Shown: positions 15,879-23,552 of the stretch, in pieces
Position numbering within the stretch: the stretch's first letter is position 1
Layout: every line of letters begins with the position of its first letter
Source: Clostridia bacterium
Lineage (GTDB): Bacteria; Bacillota; Clostridia; Christensenellales; UBA3700
Assembly (NCBI GenBank): GCA_029067255.1
Contig: JAIEEW010000133.1
Coordinates: 1-26,918, forward strand
Direction of reading: 5' to 3'
DNA length: 26,918 nucleotides
Program-made: the position numbers and the translations under genes
Notes under the pieces: generated by a model
What the model was told of the DNA's origin: nothing
Database searches by the model: none
Seen by the model: the letters and a program-made list of their open reading frames with translations, nothing else

Positions 15879-18800
15879 ATTATGTACGGCAATGCCATCG
15901 CCGTCGCCGACAAAATAAGTATGGTTGTCCGCTACTTCAAAGTTATAAACTTTGGCGGGACTATCAAGGATTTCATGCTGTACTTGCTCGACTATTACTT
16001 TCTCGCCGTTGACGTTGACGAGTACGTCGCCCGCTCTTAGATCTTCGGCGGATACCCAATCGTTGTTGGCATAGAATTTATGTCCGGGCGTTGCCGTAAC
16101 TTGCTGTCCGTCCGAAGTAGACACCGTAACCAATTCGTCTACTTCGTTTTCAAACGTCTGCAATACTCGCTTCTCCGACACCTTTCCGGTAGCAGGATTA
16201 TAACTCTTTACCTTATCTCCTACTCTTACGTCTTCTATACACTTGATCGCTCCGCCCGCCATAAGCACAACCGTGCCTGCGACAAAGCAGAATTTCATTT
16301 TGCCGAGAGCCTTTCCTACGCCGTGAATCAGTACGCCGGTAGCAAATCCCACGGTAAACGATTTGAGTATATCTTCTATGCTACCGCCGTCTGCCCAAGT
16401 CATTGCCGCTTCTGTCAAGCCGTCGATAAGACCTGCGCCGAACCAACCAACGCCCGGTATAGCGGAAAGAACGCCTGATACTGCCGCTACGCCCACGCGT
16501 AGCCAGTTGACTTGATCGAGTTTTTTGCCTTGAACGACAGTCTGCATGAAGACTTCCATTCCCGCGCCTATAAATGCGCCCATAATATACGGAGCCGCTG
16601 CGGTAGTAACTCCGCACGTTACCGTGCTGATTGCCGCGACTATAATTACGCCAACGCATATCATTCCTATCGCAACAATCGCTCCGGCAAGTCTATCCAA
16701 CCAAGTCGCTTTGTCTTCTTCTTCATGCGGGAATTCAAGTTTTGTAAGGTTGCCGTCCGCATCTACGGTATAATACTCGTTATTGCCAAGCGTCTTTTCC
16801 AAATCGTAGAATTCCTGTACGTCTATGCCCAATAAACTCTCATCTTGTTCGCTAAGAAGATATGCCGACAATGCCGAATAACTAATATAAACAAAGTTTA
16901 AAGTATCTACTGTAAAACCGTTTGCAGTCTGATCTGCAATATATTTTTCATATTCGCCTTTGGCTATCGCCGGATCAAGCATAGTATTAAGAGAAGTTGC
17001 TTTAATGGTAGTATCATTGCCAAGATTAGGATCATATACGCATCTTCCTTCGTCATAACTATATACAGCCCCGCTGTCTTTAATAAAGTATTCTTCTTCT
17101 ACAGGGAACGAACTATATTTTACTAATGTATCTTCTACACTATAAACTATGTATTTATTATTTGCCACATAATGACACGGTCCAAAATTTTGCGTATATG
17201 ATAACACATAACTGCAACTTTGTTTTTCTGGTTGAAAATCCTTGCTGGTTTGATAAAGTTCAATCCCATTACCTATATCTTCTTCCGTAATAACATACTG
17301 TCTAGGCAATGCGACAAACCCAGCGCCATAATATACAAAGCCATTATCGTCAACACTATACGCTTCTTGATAATTCGTATACCCAAAACCTAATACTTCT
17401 TCTTTGTTCGGCAAAACAATCATTGCTGGAAAAACGTTTATTTGATCATAATAATATAGATCAGTCATAACAATCGAATACAAGAACATCTCGTCTTCGG
17501 TCAAATCCAACTCATTCGTTATTTCGCTATCACGTATATTGCCAAGCACTTCTTCCTTACTAGGCTTTACTTCGTCGCTTAAAGTATTGTCAACGCTGTA
17601 ATTGCCCAACTCAAAGTTGTTGGCAACAACGGAATTATCTGTTACGCTTTCCGATTGAACGGGTACGACGTTGATTTCGTTGTTTATCTTATTAAAGACG
17701 CCGAGATCGCTCCAACCGCCAAACGCGCTTATAAACGTGATAACGACTATGAGCAAGAACGCGGTAAACAGCGTTACTGCGCCGTATTTACGCAATTTGT
17801 TCTGTCTTACGAATTCCTTATCGGAGAACGATTCTCTGCCGTATATCGGCGATACGGATTGCGTATTTATCTCAAAGGCTTTTCTCTTTCTCCTTACGAT
17901 ATAAACCAAGAATACCGTAAATATCAAACCAAGCATGCTTATCATTCCGCCCAATGCGACTTTGCTCGCCGACGGTAAGGAATCAAACGTTCCGCTCAAT
18001 TTTTCTATTTCAATATCCGTACCGCTTTGGACGGCTGTCGTACCTTTCGCTATCCACAGCGCTTTAAGTACGATTTTTCCGTCTACGTCGCTAGGTACGG
18101 TCATTGAGAAATCGGAATAAATCTTACCGCTTGTCGAAGTGGTCTGCCAAATCCAGCCTACAAATACAAAACCTGCTCTGGTAACGTTGGGAAGAGAAAT
18201 CGTTGTTCCCGCCGCGACTTGAAGACTGTCGCTTGAAAGCAATTCTCCGTCAATGAAATGTATTCTTATTCTACCGCCCGTACCGCTTTGCAAAGCGTCT
18301 TCGTCCTGCTCGCTTTCGCGTACCCACAATGCGTCCAGTCGCAGATATTCTACGTTTGCAAGCGACGTTATCTGTCCATAATATACTTTGTTGTTTCCGT
18401 CGGTTTCTTTCTCTCTCCAACCGAAGAAGGTATAACCGGTTCTGGTCGGGAAAGGCAACGTAACCTTATCGCCGACGTGCGCTTGAATAGACTGATTAAG
18501 ATTACCGTCATAAAGCGCTATTTCGGTAGTCTTAAAGTGCCATACCGCGACAAAAGTCGGATTTGCCGACGTAGGTATATATTCGCCGTTATACACCGCG
18601 CCGCCATACTCCCAACCGCCGAAAGTCCAACCGTCTTTGCTTGCCGTAGGAAGTTGGATAGGTTCGCCTATCTCGACTTTCATTCTATCAATAATTTCTC
18701 CGCCGTCGGTATCGAAATCGAGATACGTATACTTTTGAGAGATCTGCTGCCAGACGTAAAGCGCGCCGCTCTTTTGGGGAACGAATACGTTGTCCGCAAT

Positions 18801-21446
18801 AAGTTCGTCTTCATAAAGCCATCCGTCGAAAACAAACAGTTCGCTTTGAAGTTTAGGTATGGGAAGTTGTATTTCCTGACCTACGAAAACGTGATAATGC
18901 TTTGTTATTTCGTCGTCTTCCTGCTCGAGTTGCAGATATACGTCCGCATAGCCGACAGGCGCGCTTATAATAACGCTGAATTCGACTGTGTTGCCCAATC
19001 TATCGGCAAGGGTAAAATCGTATACGCCGCCGTCAGAAAACCACATATCCGATACTTCGTCGAAATTATATATGGAAGTTTCGTTATTATGCTTGATTTT
19101 TACTATACTGTACAAATCCAATTCATTTGACAATGATTTTAATATGAATCCATTCAGACCGCTTTCAGTAACGGTATTGTTTTTGCTAAAAGTCTTTTCA
19201 ATAAATTTGCCGTTTCTAAACAGACTTAACGTAGCCGTACCGCTCATCTCTCCCGGTCTGACATAAACGGTGTCGTATTCGCAGACCGCATTGTTGGAAT
19301 TAGTTTCACGGACAGTATACACGCCGCTCGGAGCATTAGCCGAAACCAACTGATATTCGACTGATACTCCATAAACTATATCGTACGTTTTTTTAGTAGC
19401 CTTGTGAGTAAGCGTAACAGTATTACTTTCAAAGTCGGCGACCTTGAGAAACGCGAAATTCATTACTCCTTCTTCTATTTCGCCCGTATCGGGAGAAACG
19501 TAACGGTACTTTCGTCCGTTCAGAGAAGGCAATCCCGCTTTCATATATGATTGTTCCGTATCGTTTGTAAATACAATAACGTCTTTTGTAAAATTCATTT
19601 CCAGAATTTTATCGTCCGCAACGTCGGCAGTTTGGTAACTTTCCGGATCTGTGGAATCAAAATAGCGTTCGACAATCAACGATTTAATATTTTTATCGAC
19701 TGCCGTTAGAACGTCTTTTTGCGACGCATACGTTTTGCCGTCGTATACGTAATTTCCTTTATTCTTACTTATTTTTGCGCGCTCTATCTCATAAGCGAAA
19801 TCGTACGCGCCGCCGAAATCTGAAAATGCAAAGATAGCGTTGCCCGCGCCCTTTGTAGGCATCACTACTGCATAATACTTACTCTGCATATCGGAAAAAC
19901 TGTACAATCCGTTCAGATACGCTTCGTTTACAGACGGATCTTTCGACGTGTCTTTATCCACGATTTCAAATCTGAAAGTAAAGTGGAACAAATCTCCGGA
20001 AATATCTTTGCCTGTCAAATATCTGGGATTGCCCCAAAATTCCGCTTTATATATACCTTCTTCGTAAATAGTGCCTTGCAACGTTTTCGTCTTATAATCC
20101 GATCCGTGATTTTGAGCAATATTCCTGACAAAGACTTCCTTGCCTTCGTCTTCTATTTTATATAGTTTTCCTACAACGGGAGCAACAGTTCCGTCCGTCG
20201 CGTTAAGATTCCACGTCGCTTTTCCCGCAACGTAAGCGGGATATTCTCCAGTCGTATATACTCTCTGACTGTCGGGAGTAAAAAGACTTTGACCGAAATA
20301 ACCCACTACGGCGTCGTTGACTTCCCGTCGATCGACGAAAATTGTGTGTTTAATACTTTTTCCGAGTTCGCGATTTATAGTGAAATCGTAGCGACCGTGG
20401 TCAAGAAATACCTGTCCATCATAAGCCGTATGCTCTTCTCCGCCGTTGAATCTGTATTTTATATCGTAAGCCTCGACGCCCATCGTATCTACTCTGAATC
20501 CGTTGAGAGTTACGTCCCCGTCGAGTATCGTTTCGAAATCATCGATAGATATTGCGCCGCTGCCTTCGTCGTCGCCTACCTTTCCAAATGTACTTGCGTT
20601 ATGGAAAAGCACCGCTCCCGAGTTCTGTACCAAATAAAACTGGGCGGTTTCCAACATATTTACGTATTCGGTTTCCGTTTTGGTTTTAGTCATTCCCAGC
20701 CAATTTTTGTAATCCCAACTGGTGGTAATTTTCAATTCGTAAGCAAACGTCAACTTAATAAATACGCCTGCGGACAAGTCTTTGCCGGACGGAGTATAAA
20801 GAGTATAATAATTAGTGCGATAGAATTGATCGAGCGGAACTACTTCGGTAAAATCCACGGTATGCAGACTGGTTTTGCTTTCGCCGTCTTTGGTCTGCCA
20901 CTCCCACGCGCCGTTCGGCTCGCTCTTCTTTTGGAAAATAAACGCGCCCGTACCTATTACGCCCAGTCTATCTATATCTCCGACTTTCTGCGCCGTGTCG
21001 TCAGATATCGAATATACTTGCGTCTTATAGTATCCGTCGTCATAAATACGTCTTTTACTCAGTTCTTCTGGATTGTTGAAATTGTAAGACAACTTTATCG
21101 ACACTGAATTGCCCGTAACTCCATAAGCGCTGTAGCCGGAAATATTGCCTTTGTCGATCAACGGAGTCGTCAAATCGCTTTCCGTACTTACAGAAAGATT
21201 AACAAGATTATTTTTCAAAGGATGATTGTAAATCGAGACTTTCTTGTCTTCGCTCTCTTTGTAGCCTTTGTTATCTTCCAGTTTGTACGCGTTGACCCCT
21301 ATCGACGCCGACCTGGTTTGCGTCGCCGCTTTCTCCTGAGCAGCATAAACGGCGTTATCTTCAAAGTCCCCCAAACTCAAAGAGATGCCCAACCCCAATC
21401 CTAAACAAAGCAGTAATGTCAAACATACGGTAATTATCTTTTTCAT
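15522..21446 (-). CDS. 1974-aa membrane-anchored polymorphic toxin: signal peptide, ectodomain, InlB-B-like repeats, two-TM hairpin, hydrophobic pre-toxin region, Hint domain, GIY-YIG-like nuclease tip
   Basis: Signal peptide MKKIITVCLTLLLCLGLGLG. Four LP...G(Y/W/F)xFxGW repeats. TM1 GGMISMLGLIFTVFLVYIV-RRKRK; TM2 KLRKY-GAVTLFTAFLLIVVITFISAF. Hint CFVAGT...TPGH...VYNFEVADNHTYFV...HN/S. Tip GAYEF...YVGKG..R...E...NKIASPG. Followed by immunity-like genes. Confidence 0.88.
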   Translation of the reverse strand: MKKIITVCLTLLLCLGLGLGISLSLGDFEDNAVYAAQEKAATQTRSASIGVNAYKLEDNKGYKESEDKKVSIYNHPLKNNLVNLSVSTESDLTTPLIDKGNISGYSAYGVTGNSVSIKLSYNFNNPEELSKRRIYDDGYYKTQVYSISDDTAQKVGDIDRLGVIGTGAFIFQKKSEPNGAWEWQTKDGESKTSLHTVDFTEVVPLDQFYRTNYYTLYTPSGKDLSAGVFIKLTFAYELKITTSWDYKNWLGMTKTKTETEYVNMLETAQFYLVQNSGAVLFHNASTFGKVGDDEGSGAISIDDFETILDGDVTLNGFRVDTMGVEAYDIKYRFNGGEEHTAYDGQVFLDHGRYDFTINRELGKSIKHTIFVDRREVNDAVVGYFGQSLFTPDSQRVYTTGEYPAYVAGKATWNLNATDGTVAPVVGKLYKIEDEGKEVFVRNIAQNHGSDYKTKTLQGTIYEEGIYKAEFWGNPRYLTGKDISGDLFHFTFRFEIVDKDTSKDPSVNEAYLNGLYSFSDMQSKYYAVVMPTKGAGNAIFAFSDFGGAYDFAYEIERAKISKNKGNYVYDGKTYASQKDVLTAVDKNIKSLIVERYFDSTDPESYQTADVADDKILEMNFTKDVIVFTNDTEQSYMKAGLPSLNGRKYRYVSPDTGEIEEGVMNFAFLKVADFESNTVTLTHKATKKTYDIVYGVSVEYQLVSANAPSGVYTVRETNSNNAVCEYDTVYVRPGEMSGTATLSLFRNGKFIEKTFSKNNTVTESGLNGFILKSLSNELDLYSIVKIKHNNETSIYNFDEVSDMWFSDGGVYDFTLADRLGNTVEFSVIISAPVGYADVYLQLEQEDDEITKHYHVFVGQEIQLPIPKLQSELFVFDGWLYEDELIADNVFVPQKSGALYVWQQISQKYTYLDFDTDGGEIIDRMKVEIGEPIQLPTASKDGWTFGGWEYGGAVYNGEYIPTSANPTFVAVWHFKTTEIALYDGNLNQSIQAHVGDKVTLPFPTRTGYTFFGWREKETDGNNKVYYGQITSLANVEYLRLDALWVRESEQDEDALQSGTGGRIRIHFIDGELLSSDSLQVAAGTTISLPNVTRAGFVFVGWIWQTTSTSGKIYSDFSMTVPSDVDGKIVLKALWIAKGTTAVQSGTDIEIEKLSGTFDSLPSASKVALGGMISMLGLIFTVFLVYIVRRKRKAFEINTQSVSPIYGRESFSDKEFVRQNKLRKYGAVTLFTAFLLIVVITFISAFGGWSDLGVFNKINNEINVVPVQSESVTDNSVVANNFELGNYSVDNTLSDEVKPSKEEVLGNIRDSEITNELDLTEDEMFLYSIVMTDLYYYDQINVFPAMIVLPNKEEVLGFGYTNYQEAYSVDDNGFVYYGAGFVALPRQYVITEEDIGNGIELYQTSKDFQPEKQSCSYVLSYTQNFGPCHYVANNKYIVYSVEDTLVKYSSFPVEEEYFIKDSGAVYSYDEGRCVYDPNLGNDTTIKATSLNTMLDPAIAKGEYEKYIADQTANGFTVDTLNFVYISYSALSAYLLSEQDESLLGIDVQEFYDLEKTLGNNEYYTVDADGNLTKLEFPHEEEDKATWLDRLAGAIVAIGMICVGVIIVAAISTVTCGVTTAAAPYIMGAFIGAGMEVFMQTVVQGKKLDQVNWLRVGVAAVSGVLSAIPGVGWFGAGLIDGLTEAAMTWADGGSIEDILKSFTVGFATGVLIHGVGKALGKMKFCFVAGTVVLMAGGAIKCIEDVRVGDKVKSYNPATGKVSEKRVLQTFENEVDELVTVSTSDGQQVTATPGHKFYANNDWVSAEDLRAGDVLVNVNGEKVIVEQVQHEILDSPAKVYNFEVADNHTYFVGDGDGIAVHNSACKKKEVGAYEFKVKLKDGTEHVYVGKGTLARREVSIKSKVKEFKGTLVEGSEKFYPCKNDMEAFIKEADLMNGYLKDGEKLLNKIASPGFKYGDIPFKESYKKLLANDWFYHKWVH
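15879..16289 (-). other. Hint / intein-like (pretoxin HINT, BIL-type) autoprocessing domain, aa 1720-1856
   Basis: C1 in CFVAGT, block-B TPGH, block-F VYNFEV...HTYFV, terminal His-Asn followed by Ser. 137 aa with no homing endonuclease insert. Confidence 0.93.
18040..18900 (-). repeat. Four InlB B-repeat-like (Listeria-Bacteroides repeat) modules in the toxin ectodomain; boundaries approximate
   Basis: IQLPIPK..LFVFDGWLY; FDTDGG...IQLPTASKDGWTFGGW; VTLPFPTRTGYTFFGW; ISLPNVTRAGFVFVGW. Confidence 0.75.
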
Positions 21447-21516
21447 TTTCGTCTTTTGTCCTTTTTTCGGTTTTCGTCGGTCGCTATTCCAGAACGTTTT
21501 ACCTTATTTTTTGATT

Positions 21517-21631
21517 ATGATAAACTTGCAAATTGCAAAAAGTCAACTGATTTTTGTCAACAAAAGTTAACATTATAGGGTTTTGGAGTTAACATCTTGT
21601 CAACAAAAGTTAACATTGCCCTGTTGACAAG
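21517..21631 (-). promoter_or_regulatory. Toxin operon promoter region with an operator-like repeat array
   Basis: Candidate TTGACT (21541-46)-N18-TATCAT (21517-22). Perfect 21-bp direct repeat at 21554-21574 and 21597-21617; 10-bp inverted repeat at 21596-21605 and 21622-21631; seven GTYRAC hexamers. Confidence 0.65.
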
Positions 21632-21632
21632 C

Positions 21633-21661
21633 AAAAAACGGCACTTTTTCTTGCCGTTTTT
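21633..21661 (-). terminator. Intrinsic terminator after the ABC operon
   Basis: aaaaacggca-N8-tgccgttttt perfect 10-bp stem with a T6 run on the minus strand. Confidence 0.8.
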
Positions 21662-21755
21662 GCGTTTTAGAAAAATTTTGTCTAAAAGTTCATTCAAGGA
21701 CTTTTTCCGCTTTTTTCTTGTTGCTCACCCCGCTCAAACGCTCTTGCAAATTGCG

Positions 21756-22541
21756 TCAAACCAAAGCGGTTTTGTTCAATACCAAATTGCTGAGCGCGCC
21801 AAAGCCGACTGCGAAAATCGCTCCGCCAGCAAGACACATAAACACGTTGACAACGGTGGAATCAAGCGGCGTTATCATCGGTATCATTGTGAACAACAAC
21901 ATACTTACCGCGAACGATCCAAGAATCGAAAGCCATAATTTTTGCTTTGCCGCAACGCTTACAAGCAAATAAATCGCAACAAAAACCGCAGCCAACAGTA
22001 TTTTGGATACTATACACATAAAGATTCCGCTTGCGCCTGCGCTACCTACGTCAAACGACAGTCCCGCGATCGCGCCGCCTATCATCGCTCCGACAAAATA
22101 TGCGAGCAACATTATTGCTCCGCCGACGTATCCAACGAGAGTCTTTGAGATTACGTAATCGCTTTTTTTGGAACGGATGGTAAAAAGATTTTTTGCATAG
22201 CCGCTTTTGAAATCGTCGGCGACGAATATGCTCACCAAAATCGCTATAATAAAATATATCATATTTATGTTGCACATACTCGTCAAGCCCATTGACATTT
22301 CCGCGCCGCTTAAAGCCCCCAAAGATTGCCAAGCGTTGGTAAAAGTATCTGCCGCCGCTTCTACGCCGTTTGCGGGCGCTGTTGATACGGCTGTCGTCAT
22401 TACCAAAATCAGTATAGGCATAGCAAAACAAACGCCAGCCATAATATAGATAAGCGGCATGGTAAACATTCTCTTAAAATCCACTTTGAGCATGCTTTTC
22501 AATCTTTTTCCAAAACCTTGTTTTTCAAATTGCATTTCCAT
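21756..22541 (-). CDS. ABC-2 type transporter permease (copy 2)
   Basis: About six hydrophobic segments; KSMLKVDFKRMF N-terminus; DDFKSGYAKNLF...SKTL motif typical of BcrB/ABC-2-like permeases. Confidence 0.88.
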   Translation of the reverse strand: MEMQFEKQGFGKRLKSMLKVDFKRMFTMPLIYIMAGVCFAMPILILVMTTAVSTAPANGVEAAADTFTNAWQSLGALSGAEMSMGLTSMCNINMIYFIIAILVSIFVADDFKSGYAKNLFTIRSKKSDYVISKTLVGYVGGAIMLLAYFVGAMIGGAIAGLSFDVGSAGASGIFMCIVSKILLAAVFVAIYLLVSVAAKQKLWLSILGSFAVSMLLFTMIPMITPLDSTVVNVFMCLAGGAIFAVGFGALSNLVLNKTALV

Positions 22542-22542
22542 T

Positions 22543-23442
22543 TCAGCGATTCTCCTTATTCATTAAATCTATATAATACTCTTCCAATCCGATTTTATCC
22601 GTTTTGATTTCCGTAACCAAAACATCGTTTTCATAGAGAAAACGGGCGACGTCTTCGGCTTTCGCGTCGTCATAGACGCGGATATAATCGTTTTCGATTT
22701 CTGCGCGCGAATATTTGTTTTTGAGCGCTTTCAACGCTTCGTCCGTTTTGTCAGTCTTCAAAGCGACGTATACTCGGCAATCGGATTCAAGTTCTTCCGC
22801 GCTCATTTCTTTTATCATTTCTCCGCCGCGTACAATTCCGTAATGCGTCGCGATTTTTTCAAGTTCGCCCAAAATATGCGACGACACCAACACCGTACAA
22901 TTATAGTTTTTTGTGATATCGATCAGCGTTTCGCGCATTATTCTCATTCCGTCCGCGTCTAGTCCGTTTATCGGTTCGTCCAAAACCAGCAACATGGGAT
23001 TACCCAACAAAGCCATAGCGATACCTATGCGTTGTTTCATACCAAGCGAACAGTTTTTGAATTTATTTGACGCCGAGCCTTCCATTCTTACGATCTTAAG
23101 CGCTTTTCTTACTTCGTCTTTCGCGTTCGAGATGCCGAGATTAGCGGCTTGCAACATCATATTGTTCCAAACGCTGTAATTAGGAAAACACCCCGGCGCT
23201 TCGATAAGCGAGCCTATTCTCGCTCTTACGTCCGCATCTTTGCTATCCCGTCCGAAGAGTTTGACTTCTCCGCTATTTGGCGCGAGCAAACCGCAAATAA
23301 TCTTTTCGGTCGTAGATTTTCCACTACCGTTTTCTCCGATAAATCCATAAATACTGCCTACCGGCACTGTCATATTCAGACCTTTAAGGGCTTGTTTCTG
23401 CCCAAAATTCCTAGTAAGATTTCTTATTTCTATCGCGTTCAT
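22543..23442 (-). CDS. ABC transporter ATP-binding protein (copy 2), BcrA-like
   Basis: Walker A GENGSGKST, signature CSLGMKQR, Walker B LLVLDEPINGLD, H-loop SSHIL. Confidence 0.95.
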   Translation of the reverse strand: MNAIEIRNLTRNFGQKQALKGLNMTVPVGSIYGFIGENGSGKSTTEKIICGLLAPNSGEVKLFGRDSKDADVRARIGSLIEAPGCFPNYSVWNNMMLQAANLGISNAKDEVRKALKIVRMEGSASNKFKNCSLGMKQRIGIAMALLGNPMLLVLDEPINGLDADGMRIMRETLIDITKNYNCTVLVSSHILGELEKIATHYGIVRGGEMIKEMSAEELESDCRVYVALKTDKTDEALKALKNKYSRAEIENDYIRVYDDAKAEDVARFLYENDVLVTEIKTDKIGLEEYYIDLMNKENR

Positions 23443-23552
23443 ATAAACCGCCTTTCATAGTTATTTTCGTTGCTTTCGCAACGTTGGTATTAGAGTAAGT
23501 GTTTTTGATTTGCCCGCTTTTGGCAAATATCCGTTCCGTTGATCCGATAAGA

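Noticed and set aside
15879-16289. Mobile intein with homing endonuclease (Hint next to a GIY-YIG)
   Set aside because: The nuclease lies after the terminal HN/S, not inside the Hint domain, and is followed by immunity-like genes: a toxin layout, not a homing intein.
18258-21107. Long plus-strand ORFs 18258..19130 (290 aa) and 20289..21107 (272 aa)
   Set aside because: Antisense to the toxin gene, with protein-unlike composition and no RBS support.
15522-21446. Rhs/YD-repeat, LXG/T7SS or CdiA assignment
   Set aside because: No YD repeats or PxxxxDPxG core end, no LXG/WXG N-terminus and no haemagglutinin repeats seen; it has a Sec-type signal peptide and TM anchors instead.
21554-21631. Possible mini-CRISPR array or iteron set
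   Set aside because: Only two 21-bp copies with a 22-nt gap that itself contains the same hexamer, and no cas or rep genes. An operator array fits better.
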